Source of the DNA: Oscillospiraceae bacterium
GTDB lineage: Bacteria > Bacillota > Clostridia > Oscillospirales > Ruminococcaceae
Reading direction: 5' to 3'
Assembly: GCA_035352975.1 (NCBI GenBank)
Contig: DAOPYP010000001.1
Location: 11,332-58,501, forward strand
DNA: 47,170 nt
Shown: positions 8,775 to 18,334 of the stretch, piece by piece
Layout: each line of letters opens with the position of its first letter
Numbering within the stretch: the first letter of the stretch is position 1
Notes under the pieces: model-generated
Databases searched by the model: none
What the model saw: the letters and a program-made list of their open reading frames with translations, nothing else
Told to the model about the DNA's origin: nothing
Translations under genes and position numbers: made by a program

Positions 8775-9661
8775 GATATTTCACCGAGAGAATATCCGCT
8801 GTTTTCGTTAAGCGTGAAATCCAGTGAAGCTGAACAGTAGATTTTCTTATTCTTATCGGCAGCAATAACAAGATAATCGCCGGATTCAAGATGCTTTTTA
8901 AGTCCCGCTGTACCCTCAGTAAAAATAATGGTTGAGAGGAAGTCGGATTTTACCCCGCTGTCGCACAAAACGGTTACTGAGGTGAGGTCGCTTTCTGACG
9001 GGTATCCAGTCGAAAGGTCGAAAATATGAATGTACTTTTTACCGCCCGATTCAAAAAATCTTTCGTATCCGCCCGAGGTTGAGAGGCATGTATCAGCAGC
9101 AGTTATCGTCCCGAGAGGCTCACCGCCGTCCGGATTTTTTATTTCTATGGTGAAGCCCGATTTATCAGGCTTGTCACCGTATAAAAGCGACGAGCTGCCC
9201 ATTGACACAATTGCACAGGAAACGCCGTCTTCAAGGAATTTTTGCTTCAGTACGTCACACGCATAGCCTTTTGCAACCGAGCCTAAGTCAAGCTTTGTGT
9301 TATCGGGAAGAATGACGGAGGTGTCGGTCACCTTGATTTTATTGTAGTCTATTGAAGAAAGAGCGCTTTTTATTTCGTCGTCCGCCGGCACTTTCGGGTT
9401 ATCGGTTGAAACGCCCCAAAGCTCGGTAAGCGCACCCGATGTAATGTCAACGGCTTTTCCGTATTTGTCGGACAAAGTAATCGACTGTCTTATTATTTCC
9501 GCCGTATCGGGAGAAATTTTGTCGGAGCGTTTATCTTTATTTATTTTATAAAGCTCGCTGTTTTCGTTATAAGCCGAAAATATTCCGTCAAGCTTATTTA
9601 CGGTATCAGCATAATTTTTGGGATTTTTACCTGTCATTTTAATTGACACAAGAGTGTCCAT
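8771..9661 (-). CDS. apbE: FAD:protein FMN transferase (ApbE); the real N-terminus probably extends to about 9772
   Basis: ApbE-like body (GSVAKGYA, TSGGYERFF). The in-frame upstream 39 codons encode a TM anchor (KFKVIFRYVIVPVLIIALCVVYFVSKF) with no canonical start codon. Confidence 0.85.
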   Translation of the reverse strand: MDTLVSIKMTGKNPKNYADTVNKLDGIFSAYNENSELYKINKDKRSDKISPDTAEIIRQSITLSDKYGKAVDITSGALTELWGVSTDNPKVPADDEIKSALSSIDYNKIKVTDTSVILPDNTKLDLGSVAKGYACDVLKQKFLEDGVSCAIVSMGSSSLLYGDKPDKSGFTIEIKNPDGGEPLGTITAADTCLSTSGGYERFFESGGKKYIHIFDLSTGYPSESDLTSVTVLCDSGVKSDFLSTIIFTEGTAGLKKHLESGDYLVIAADKNKKIYCSASLDFTLNENSGYSLGEIS

Positions 9662-9806
9662 AGAAAAAAACTCATAAGAATTGAATGTGAATTTTGAAAC
9701 AAAATAAACTACACAAAGTGCAATTATAAGAACAGGAACAATTACATATCTGAATATAACTTTAAATTTCGTGGAGAATCACCGTCCAAAAACAATATAT
9801 AATAAC

Positions 9807-9835
9807 ATTTTATCGTTATTTATTAATTAAGTCAA
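9807..9835 (-). promoter_or_regulatory. Sigma-A-type promoter of the apbE-rnf unit (TTGACT-17-TAAAAT)
   Basis: Read on the minus strand. It lies about 30 nt upstream of a GGTGAT Shine-Dalgarno (SD) sequence preceding the open apbE frame. Confidence 0.4.
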
Positions 9836-9894
9836 TAACAAAAGGCATTTGTTAAAAAATAAACACTGATTTTGTATAATTTAAAAGATAAAAT

Positions 9895-9926
9895 AAAAAA
9901 CTGCCCGACTTTATTAATCAGACAGC
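9895..9926 (-). terminator. Probable terminator of the XRE regulator gene
   Basis: Imperfect 8-bp stem (ctgcccga/tcagacag) followed by T6 on the minus strand. Confidence 0.4.
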
Positions 9927-9990
9927 AAAAATATTTATAAATATTGTTTTATTTCATCATAAAAAATGGTATAATATTTTTTGTCGCAGG

Positions 9991-10698
9991 TTATTTTTCT
10001 GCATTATTTAAAAGCTGGATTTTAGCCTCGCTGTTTTTTACAAGATTTAAAATTGATGACGAATAATTCGGGAAATCCTCAGTAAGAACTCCTGTTGTTA
10101 TAATTGGACCGGCGTTTTCTTCAACGCAGTCATTAGTGCCGATTTTAATTCCGCTTGCTGCTGCTGCTGCCATTCCCTCGGCCATTTCCATTGCGGCGGT
10201 TGAACCGTTTCTCGCCAGAACATCGGGTATAGTAAAGAAATACGGATCATTTTTCGCGTTGGCGGAAAAGATTATGCGGAACATTCTGTAAATCGCAAGC
10301 ATGAGATAAGACGACATATGCTTTATTATCGTGTCGCTTTCTGTTTTCTGTGCAAGCGGGAAAAGAATATTCAAAGAATTTATAATAAGCTTTTTATTAA
10401 AAGACGCCATTATTCCGCCTTTTAAAACCGCTTCCTTCTGATTGGGGTCATGCTCAGGGATATCGTCATAATTAATTCTTTTTCCGGCAGGCTCAGGTGA
10501 GCGTCCTAAAAGATAATCGCAGGAAACATGATAATAATCGGCAGCCTTTACTAAAAATTCAAGTCCGCATTCACGGATTCCCTTTTCATAGTGAGATAAA
10601 AGCGCCTGTGAAACTCCCAAATCCGATGCAGCGTTTTTCTGGCTGATGTTGCGTTCTTTTCTCAAAAGTGTTATAATTCTTGAAAAGTCGGAATTCAC
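9991..10698 (-). CDS. XRE-family helix-turn-helix transcriptional regulator with an uncharacterised C-terminal domain
   Basis: HTH_3 motif ITLLRKERNISQKNAASDLGVSQALLSHYEKG. The GTG start at 10698 follows GAGGGGGG. The track start at 10749 lacks an RBS. Confidence 0.75.
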   Translation of the reverse strand: MNSDFSRIITLLRKERNISQKNAASDLGVSQALLSHYEKGIRECGLEFLVKAADYYHVSCDYLLGRSPEPAGKRINYDDIPEHDPNQKEAVLKGGIMASFNKKLIINSLNILFPLAQKTESDTIIKHMSSYLMLAIYRMFRIIFSANAKNDPYFFTIPDVLARNGSTAAMEMAEGMAAAAASGIKIGTNDCVEENAGPIITTGVLTEDFPNYSSSILNLVKNSEAKIQLLNNAEK

Positions 10699-10918
10699 CG
10701 GTTCACCCCCCTCACAATAATGATTAACGTAATGTAAATTATATAACAATACATACAGTTTGTAAATAGCTGTGAGTCAAAAAAAGTCGATAAAACTTTT
10801 GTGGGATTTTTGTTATATTTGTCATATTACAGTATTGTAATTTGTATAAAATCAATATATAGATAAGCAAAACACAATATGTTGTATTTTGTCAGACTAT
10901 TTGAAAGGAAACAGAAAT

Positions 10919-11560
10919 ATGAAAGGATACCGTTTAAGTATAATCAGACACGGTAAAACAGAGGCAAACGAAACTGCAAGATACATAGGCACAACAGACC
11001 TTCCTTTAAGCGAAAGCGGGAGAAATGAGCTTATTGAAAAGTATGAAATAAATGACTATCCTAAAATTCAGAAGGTATATTCAAGCCCGCTCATACGCTG
11101 TAAAGAAACGGCGGAAATTATTTTTCCTGACAGAGAGCTTATGACTGTTGACGGGCTTAGAGAAATAGATTTCGGCGATTTTGAAAACCAAAGTGTCGAG
11201 GATCTTATCGAGCTTGACTGCTATAAGGAATGGCTTAAAGGCGGGATTGACAACGCTCCCCCCGACGGCGAAAGCATAAGGAGCATGATTGAGCGTTCAT
11301 ATAATGCTTTGAATATAATTCTCGCCGACATGATGAAAGAGGGGCTAACCCACTGCGGGATAGTTACTCATTCGGGAATAATCATGAATATGCTTTCCTG
11401 CTTCGGGCTCCCCAAAATGAAACCTATGGAATTCGCCTGTGAGGTTGGCGAGGGTTATGAAATAATAATTACGGCAAAATTGTGGCAGACTGGAAACGTT
11501 TTTGAGATTTTAGGGAGAATCCCGTACATTTCAGAATTTGACGACGGATATGATTTTTAG
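10919..11560 (+). CDS. Histidine phosphatase family protein (phosphoglycerate mutase / CobC-like)
   Basis: RHGKTEAN catalytic motif and a later TH(S)G motif. ATG at 10919 follows AAAGGA. Confidence 0.8.
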   Translation: MKGYRLSIIRHGKTEANETARYIGTTDLPLSESGRNELIEKYEINDYPKIQKVYSSPLIRCKETAEIIFPDRELMTVDGLREIDFGDFENQSVEDLIELDCYKEWLKGGIDNAPPDGESIRSMIERSYNALNIILADMMKEGLTHCGIVTHSGIIMNMLSCFGLPKMKPMEFACEVGEGYEIIITAKLWQTGNVFEILGRIPYISEFDDGYDF

Positions 11561-11590
11561 CCGAAAATACAGTTTGAAAGGTGAGAAGCC

Positions 11591-12442
11591 ATGAAAACGA
11601 AAGAAATAAAAAATCAGGCACTCGAAAGTCTTACAAATAACTGGCCTAGGGCAATAGCCATTATCAGCATAATACTGTGTATTCACATTATTTTCTCATT
11701 GGGAGAAGCCGCGGTATATTCATATTTTACAACTGTCGGAGCGGTTTCTTTAAATGAAAATATATTTTCAGGGAACATTTTTCTCATCATTTTAAGCTTG
11801 ACAAGAATACTTCTCGGATTTGTGATAATTTCACCGGCAATAAGCGGTGCAGTCTGGTGGTTTATTCACTGTGTAAAGGGTCACAACAACAGCGTAACCA
11901 CTCTTTTTGTGTGCTATGAAAACAACCGCGTATATTTAAAAACAGTATTTCTGCATTTAGTGATGGGCTTAATCGGAATAGGATTATTTCTTCCGTCGGG
12001 GATATGCGTATATGCGGCGTACAGAGTTATACAATCTTCATACGCAAGGGGCGCGAACAACACAATACAGGTTATTCTTATCACCTGCTTTTTTATCCTT
12101 ACGCTGTGCTTTTTTGTTCTCGGAATTTTAATTTCTCTGAGATTTATACTTTCAAATTATCTTTTTGTGCTTAATCCTGACCTGCCCATTAAGCAGATAT
12201 TGTCAAGCTCGTTCAGAATTATGAAAAAGTACAGAAAAGATCTTCTGGTGCTGATTTTATCTTTTTTAGGCTGGCTTATTCCCGGATTTTTCATCTTCCC
12301 TTTGTTTTTTATTGTTCCGTATTATGCCATGAGCATTACGGTTTTTATGAACAGGGTTATTGATGAAGCATCTCAGTATGACGAAGATCTTCTTATAAGA
12401 AAAAACACACGGAAAATATTAAGACAAAAACAAGAATATTAA
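11591..12442 (+). CDS. DUF975-family integral membrane protein
   Basis: N-terminus MKTKEIKNQALESLTNNWPRAI and a multi-TM layout typical of DUF975. Confidence 0.65.
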   Translation: MKTKEIKNQALESLTNNWPRAIAIISIILCIHIIFSLGEAAVYSYFTTVGAVSLNENIFSGNIFLIILSLTRILLGFVIISPAISGAVWWFIHCVKGHNNSVTTLFVCYENNRVYLKTVFLHLVMGLIGIGLFLPSGICVYAAYRVIQSSYARGANNTIQVILITCFFILTLCFFVLGILISLRFILSNYLFVLNPDLPIKQILSSSFRIMKKYRKDLLVLILSFLGWLIPGFFIFPLFFIVPYYAMSITVFMNRVIDEASQYDEDLLIRKNTRKILRQKQEY

Positions 12443-12457
12443 TTTTCGGAGGAATAT

Positions 12458-14608
12458 ATGGACATTAACAAAACGCTTGCGGCGGAATTCAAGGTTAGAC
12501 AGGAGCAGGTTGACAATACAGTTTCGCTGATAGACGACGGGAAGACGATACCTTTTATCGCTCGATACAGAAAAGAACTTACAGGCTCGCTTGATGATCA
12601 GGTGCTGCGTGAAATTTTTGAAAGACTCACTTATTTAAGAAATCTTGAAAAACGAAAGTCGGAAATCCTTTCGTCAATTGAAGAACAGGGGAAGCTTACT
12701 GACGAAATAAAAGCGGCGGTTTCTGCGGCTTCGGCACTTGTCGAAATTGAGGACATTTACCGCCCGTTCAAGCAGAAAAGAAAAACGAGGGCTTCTGTCG
12801 CAAGAGAAAAGGGACTTGAACCGCTGTCGGTTTACATAAGTCTTCAGAATCTTAAGGGAGAGCCTTTTAAGGAGGCCGAAAAATTTATTGACGAGGAAAA
12901 GAACGTTATGTCCGCTGAGGAGGCCGTTCAGGGAGCGCTCGACATTATCGCCGAGGATATTTCCGACGATGCGGCACTGAGAAAACAGATACGCGCACTG
13001 TTTTTAAGGGCTGGAACAATTTCCTCAAAAGCCGCCGATGAAAAAGCCGAAAGCGTTTATACCAATTATTACGATTACACCGAGCCGGTGAGGAAAATCC
13101 CGGGACATAGAATTCTTGCTATTGACAGGGGCGAAAAGGAGGAATTCCTTAAGGTTTCCGTCAATGCGCCAGAGGGCGAGGCAGAAAACCTTGTCACTTC
13201 AAAATACGTTAAAAATCAGGGCGAGTGCGGCACCCTCGTAAAACAAGCATCAGAGGATAGCTACAAAAGGCTTATTTATCCGTCGATTGAAAGGGAGATA
13301 CGCTCAGAGCTTTCGGGAAATGCCTCCGAACAGGCGATAAAGGTATTTTCGTCAAATTTAAGACAGCTTTTATTACAGCCGCCTATAAAGGGCAGCGTTA
13401 CGTTGGGGCTTGACCCCGCATATCGTACAGGCTGTAAAATTGCCGTTGTTGACGATACGGGGAAGGTTCTCGAAACAACGGTTGTATATCCCACTCCCCC
13501 TCAAAGTAAAATTCCCGAAGCCAAGGCTAAACTTTCGGCTCTTATAAAAAAATACGGCGTAACGACAATCGCAATCGGGAACGGCACCGCGTCAAGGGAA
13601 AGCGAGGCCTTTGTCGCCGAGCTTATCAAGGAAGTTCCTCAGAAGGTTTCATATATGGTGGTTTCCGAGGCGGGAGCATCGGTTTATTCCGCATCAAAGC
13701 TTGCGGCGGAGGAATTCCCCGAATTTGATGTTTCACTGAGAAGTGCTGTTTCCATCGCAAGACGTCTTCAGGACCCGTTGGCGGAGCTTGTAAAAATCGA
13801 CCCCAAGGCAATCGGCGTCGGACAGTATCAGCACGATATGCCAAAGGCAAGAATGGACGAGGCTTTATCGGGCGTTGTCGAGGACTGCGTGAATTCCGTC
13901 GGAGTTGACCTCAATACCGCCTCACACTCGCTTTTGTCGTACATTTCGGGAATAAATGCTTCCGTCGCAAAAAACATAGTTCTGTATCGTGAGGAAAACG
14001 GACAGTTCAAAGACAGAAAAGCCTTGTTAAAGGTCGCAAAGCTCGGGAACAAGGCGTTTGAACAGTGTGCGGGATTTTTAAGGGTTCAGGGCGGAAAAAA
14101 TCCGCTTGACAATACGTCCGTTCACCCCGAAAGCTATGATGCGGCAAAAAAATTACTTGAAAAATGCGGGTTCAGTCTGTCTGATTTTTCATCGGGGAAA
14201 GCGGGCGAGCTTTCGGAAAGTGCCGAAAAAATCGGATTTAACAAGCTTTCGGAAGAGGTTGGTGTCGGCGTTCCCACATTAAAGGATATTATCAAGGAGC
14301 TTCAGAAGCCGGGGCGTGACCCGCGTGACGAGCTTCCCCCTCCTCTTTTAAGAAGCGGCGATATTATGGAATTAAAGGATCTAAAGCCGGGAATGGAGCT
14401 TACAGGAACGGTGAGAAACGTCATAGATTTCGGAGCGTTTGTAGATATCGGCGTTCACGAGGACGGGCTTGTCCATATTTCACAGCTTTGCGACAGGTAT
14501 ATCAAACATCCCCTTGAGGCAGTAAAGGTCGGCGAGGTTGTTAAGGTGCGCGTTCTTGACGTTGACGTAAAGAGAAAAAGGATTTCACTGACAATGAAGC
14601 TTGGATAA
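12458..14608 (+). CDS. tex: Tex-like transcription accessory protein (YqgF/HHH/S1 domains)
   Basis: 716 aa, N-terminal IPFIARYRKE motif, C-terminal S1 domain (GTVRNVIDFGAFVDIG). Confidence 0.9.
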   Translation: MDINKTLAAEFKVRQEQVDNTVSLIDDGKTIPFIARYRKELTGSLDDQVLREIFERLTYLRNLEKRKSEILSSIEEQGKLTDEIKAAVSAASALVEIEDIYRPFKQKRKTRASVAREKGLEPLSVYISLQNLKGEPFKEAEKFIDEEKNVMSAEEAVQGALDIIAEDISDDAALRKQIRALFLRAGTISSKAADEKAESVYTNYYDYTEPVRKIPGHRILAIDRGEKEEFLKVSVNAPEGEAENLVTSKYVKNQGECGTLVKQASEDSYKRLIYPSIEREIRSELSGNASEQAIKVFSSNLRQLLLQPPIKGSVTLGLDPAYRTGCKIAVVDDTGKVLETTVVYPTPPQSKIPEAKAKLSALIKKYGVTTIAIGNGTASRESEAFVAELIKEVPQKVSYMVVSEAGASVYSASKLAAEEFPEFDVSLRSAVSIARRLQDPLAELVKIDPKAIGVGQYQHDMPKARMDEALSGVVEDCVNSVGVDLNTASHSLLSYISGINASVAKNIVLYREENGQFKDRKALLKVAKLGNKAFEQCAGFLRVQGGKNPLDNTSVHPESYDAAKKLLEKCGFSLSDFSSGKAGELSESAEKIGFNKLSEEVGVGVPTLKDIIKELQKPGRDPRDELPPPLLRSGDIMELKDLKPGMELTGTVRNVIDFGAFVDIGVHEDGLVHISQLCDRYIKHPLEAVKVGEVVKVRVLDVDVKRKRISLTMKLG

Positions 14609-14620
14609 GGAAGTGCCGTT

Positions 14621-15034
14621 ATGAAAGTATATAACTATTTGATGTTATCATCCATTGCCTTTTTTATTTCGGCGCTTAAAACTTTTCTTGAATATGTTTA
14701 TATGAGAAACAGGGGCATACAGTGTAAAATGAAAATATCTGAAATGATTGTTTATCACAATCCCAAAAAAGATATATATTATCCTGCTGTTGAAATTGAC
14801 AGCTGCGGTAAAATTATTCAATTAAAAAGTATAGTGCCCGTAAAATGCAACGAATTTAATATCGGTGATGAAATTGAAGTAATTTATGACCTTTATAAAA
14901 GCAGATTTATTATCATAGGCTATCGGGGCAATCTCTCCGCTTCGTTCAGGCATTTATTGATTAGCGCAGGATGTTTGGCGGCATTCGTAATTCTGAATAT
15001 TCTGGACGGATTAAATTTAGATTTAGGGTATTAA
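14621..15034 (+). CDS. Small membrane protein, DUF3592-like (TM, beta domain, TM)
   Basis: Architecture only. Confidence 0.45.
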   Translation: MKVYNYLMLSSIAFFISALKTFLEYVYMRNRGIQCKMKISEMIVYHNPKKDIYYPAVEIDSCGKIIQLKSIVPVKCNEFNIGDEIEVIYDLYKSRFIIIGYRGNLSASFRHLLISAGCLAAFVILNILDGLNLDLGY

Positions 15035-15037
15035 TTA

Positions 15038-15886
15038 ATGAAAACAAAAAGCTTTATAATATCCGCACAGCATTCGGGAATTAATATAGAAAGCTTTCTT
15101 ATGAAGAAAAACAATTTCTCACGTCGGCTGATAACAAGGCTTAAAAGGCAGGAAAACGGGATAATGCTTAACGGAAAGCATGCAAGAACGATAGACAGAC
15201 TTTCCGAGAACGACGTTCTCACCGTCGGATTTCATGACGAAAAGCAGCTTGAATCAAATGACAGCCTTAACGTCCCGATAATTTATGAGGATGACGACGT
15301 TATTGTTTTTGACAAGCCCGTGAATATGCCGGTTCACCCCTCAATCAAACATCAGGGCGATACTTTGGGGAATTTCTTTTCAGCACACTGTCAGGGACTT
15401 TCGTTCAGACCGATTAACCGCCTTGACAGGGACACCTCGGGACTTTGCGTATGCGCAAAAAATGCACATTCGGCGAATCTTCTCCAGAAAAGCATTGAAA
15501 AAACGTATTTTGCGGTCGTCTGCGGAGCTTTAAAGGGAAACGGTACTATCGACATTCCTATTGCAAGGGAAACGGATTCTATTATTTTAAGGACAGTTCG
15601 TGAGGACGGACAAAAGGCGGTTACTCATTATCAATCCTTAAAGTATAATAATAAATATTCATTACTGAAAGTAAAACTTGAAACAGGAAGAACACATCAG
15701 ATAAGGGTTCATATGGCGCATATCGGTTTTCCGCTCGCGGGGGATAATCTTTACGGCGGGGATATGAGCGACATTTCGTGTCAGGCACTTCACTGCGGTG
15801 AGATTGCTTTTATACACCCCGTCACGAAAGAAAAAATATTTCTCGAATCACCCATAAGAGATGACATGAAAGCACTTGTAATTTAA
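15038..15886 (+). CDS. RluA-family 23S rRNA pseudouridine synthase (RluD-like, S4 domain)
   Basis: RLDRDTSG catalytic Asp motif and GRTHQIRVH motif. Confidence 0.85.
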   Translation: MKTKSFIISAQHSGINIESFLMKKNNFSRRLITRLKRQENGIMLNGKHARTIDRLSENDVLTVGFHDEKQLESNDSLNVPIIYEDDDVIVFDKPVNMPVHPSIKHQGDTLGNFFSAHCQGLSFRPINRLDRDTSGLCVCAKNAHSANLLQKSIEKTYFAVVCGALKGNGTIDIPIARETDSIILRTVREDGQKAVTHYQSLKYNNKYSLLKVKLETGRTHQIRVHMAHIGFPLAGDNLYGGDMSDISCQALHCGEIAFIHPVTKEKIFLESPIRDDMKALVI

Positions 15887-15979
15887 AATATACTATATAT
15901 AGTATATAAAGAATTAGTTGCACGGAATATGCTGTAATTTTTGTTACCGATTTGTAACAATTGAAAGGAATGAATAAAA

Positions 15980-16447
15980 ATGGAAAGAATCAAAAGCTTC
16001 CAGGTGGATCATACAAAATTTGGGGTGGGGATGTACATCTCAAGAATCGACGGAGATATCGTGACATACGATCTCAGAATGGTAAAACCCAACGGTGGAG
16101 TATATCTTGAAATGCCGTCAATGCACACCATTGAGCATCTTCTTGCAACCTATGTCAGAAATTCGAAGTTCGCCGAAAATGTTATTTATGCGGGACCTAT
16201 GGGCTGCCGTACAGGCTTTTATCTCCTTTTGAGAGGGATGGAGCATAAAGATGCAATAGATTTGGTGAAAGCTTCTCTGGAATTTATTTCAAAATATAAT
16301 GATGAAATTCCCGGTGTCAGCATAGAAGAATGTGGGAATTATCTTGAGCATAATCTGGAAAATGCGAAAAAAGATGTCGTTCCCCTCTTGAAAAAGCTTG
16401 AGGATTATAATGTCGAAATGCTGAATTACAATAGCCATAATGACTAA
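15980..16447 (+). CDS. luxS: S-ribosylhomocysteine lyase
   Basis: HTIEHL metal motif and GCRTGFY cysteine motif, 155 aa. Confidence 0.9.
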   Translation: MERIKSFQVDHTKFGVGMYISRIDGDIVTYDLRMVKPNGGVYLEMPSMHTIEHLLATYVRNSKFAENVIYAGPMGCRTGFYLLLRGMEHKDAIDLVKASLEFISKYNDEIPGVSIEECGNYLEHNLENAKKDVVPLLKKLEDYNVEMLNYNSHND

Positions 16448-16516
16448 AATATTAATAGCTTTGTTGACGTTTTGTATGAAGTTTATAGTTTCAGCGATTT
16501 TTTGTTGTCAAAAAGG

Positions 16517-16544
16517 TTGATTTTTTTTCTGAATCAAGTATAAT
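16517..16544 (+). promoter_or_regulatory. Sigma-A-type promoter (TTGATT-16-TATAAT) for the M23 peptidase gene
   Basis: Near-consensus hexamers about 60 nt upstream of the ATG at 16603. Confidence 0.5.
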
Positions 16545-16602
16545 GATTACTAATGTAACTATTTTGTAACAATATTGTTGCTTGAGGAAAGGAGATATTG
16601 TG

Positions 16603-18327
16603 ATGTTTAAGGACAGTAAAAAAGCTGACAATGAAAATGAAACGCATTTTACAGATAAGCTATTAAAGGAAATGAAACGAAATTTCCAGACCTTTATGAC
16701 AAAGCTCGGCGCACACGTTACACATCTTTGTGTGTTTGTGACCGTTTATATAATTAAATCCGTTACTAAAATTTTTGGATACTTAAAATCAAAATTCTCT
16801 CCTTGGATTCAAAAGCTTTTTTCTTATTTTATAAATTTCAGCGGTAATTTAAAGAAAATCTTTTCACATACTGATGAGTATTTTTATTGGTTAAAAGAAA
16901 ATGTTGAGGACACAAAAGTCAACAAAGGATTTCTTTCTGCCGCATTCCTTTTTATCACAGAAGCGGGAAGAACTGTCTGGCACAGACGAAAAGTTTTTAT
17001 TACTGCATTTAACTGGGCTGCGCCAGTTCTTTCAATAGTATTTATGTTTAACGTAATAACAGGGGTGTCAAACCTCACCTATGGAATAAGCGTTGAGTAC
17101 AACGGACAGAAGCTCGGAGTTATATCTGAAGAAACTGTTTTTGACCAGGCTGAAAAGGTAATGCAAAAGCGTATTAATTACGTTGACGGGAACGAAAAAA
17201 TTGTAATGGCTCCTAAGCTTTCTGTTCAGCTTGTAAGCAATTCCGAAGAAATTGTAAATCCTAATCAGCTTGTCGATAAAATGATTGTCAACACCAAGGC
17301 TGAAATTTCCGATGCAATCGGAATATATGTTGACGGTGAATTTCTAGGTGCAGTTTCTGATTCTTCCAAAATTAAATCCACACTAAACGGAATTCTTTCA
17401 AAATATCAGGGCAGCGGTGTAAAATCCGTTCATTTACAAAAAAATGTTGACTATAAGCCGGGGCTTTATCTTGCAAGCAGCATGGTTTCCCCCGAAAAGG
17501 TAACATCTGTCCTTAATTCATATAATTCTGTTGATGCGTATTATACTGTTCAGGAAGATGATACGCCGATAGAAATTGCAAGTAAAAACAATGTTCCTTA
17601 CAAAGAGCTTCTTGCTTTGAACCCGACAATTGAAGAAGAATGTAAAATCGGTGACAAGGTTCTTTTAAAGGTTGCCGAACCGTATATGTCTGTCGAGGTC
17701 GTAAAGGACATTTCATATTCACGCTCAATACCTTATGAAACCTTAAAGGTCGACAACAGTTCGATTTATAAAGGCAATGAGGAAACGCTGGTTGACGGAA
17801 AAGACGGCGAGGAAATTGTTACCGCCGAAGTGACAACTCTTAACGGAAGAGAAGTAGGAAGAACAATTAAAAGCTCTAACGTAACAAAAGAACCGGTGAC
17901 AGAGAAAATTGCAGTGGGAACAAAAACTCCCAAGCCTACAAAGGGAACGACAGTTACCGGAAACGGACAGTATTGCTGGCCTGTTGCCGGAGGATATATA
18001 AGCGCATATATGGGCGACGGACGCGGACATAAGGGCTTAGATATTGCCGCACCTAAGGGAACATCGATATTTGCGGCTGAAAGCGGTACTGTAATAATGT
18101 CACAAACGTATGTCGGATATGGTAAATGCATAATGATTCAGCACGCCGACGGGAACATAACTGTTTACGGACATCAAAGCCAGCTTATCGCTACTGTCGG
18201 TCAGCACGTTGAAAAGGGTGAGCTTATCGGTCTTGTCGGAAGAACAGGTCAGGCTACCGGAAATCATCTTCATTTCGAAGTAAGACATAACGGTTCTTAT
18301 GTCAACCCAATAAAGTTTATTACGTGA
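16603..18327 (+). CDS. Membrane-anchored LysM / G5 / M23 family metallopeptidase
   Basis: LysM (YTVQEDDTPIEIASKNNVPYKELLALNP), a G5-like segment, and M23 motifs HKGLDIAAP and GNHLHFEV. ATG at 16603 follows AAGGAG. Confidence 0.85.
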   Translation: MFKDSKKADNENETHFTDKLLKEMKRNFQTFMTKLGAHVTHLCVFVTVYIIKSVTKIFGYLKSKFSPWIQKLFSYFINFSGNLKKIFSHTDEYFYWLKENVEDTKVNKGFLSAAFLFITEAGRTVWHRRKVFITAFNWAAPVLSIVFMFNVITGVSNLTYGISVEYNGQKLGVISEETVFDQAEKVMQKRINYVDGNEKIVMAPKLSVQLVSNSEEIVNPNQLVDKMIVNTKAEISDAIGIYVDGEFLGAVSDSSKIKSTLNGILSKYQGSGVKSVHLQKNVDYKPGLYLASSMVSPEKVTSVLNSYNSVDAYYTVQEDDTPIEIASKNNVPYKELLALNPTIEEECKIGDKVLLKVAEPYMSVEVVKDISYSRSIPYETLKVDNSSIYKGNEETLVDGKDGEEIVTAEVTTLNGREVGRTIKSSNVTKEPVTEKIAVGTKTPKPTKGTTVTGNGQYCWPVAGGYISAYMGDGRGHKGLDIAAPKGTSIFAAESGTVIMSQTYVGYGKCIMIQHADGNITVYGHQSQLIATVGQHVEKGELIGLVGRTGQATGNHLHFEVRHNGSYVNPIKFIT

Positions 18328-18334
18328 TTAAATT

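Noticed and set aside
10919-11560. Histidine phosphatase considered as CobC, forming a cobalamin cluster with the CobU-like gene at 36.5 kb.
   Set aside because: The two genes are 25 kb apart with no other cob/cbi genes between them. The RHG phosphatase fold is generic.
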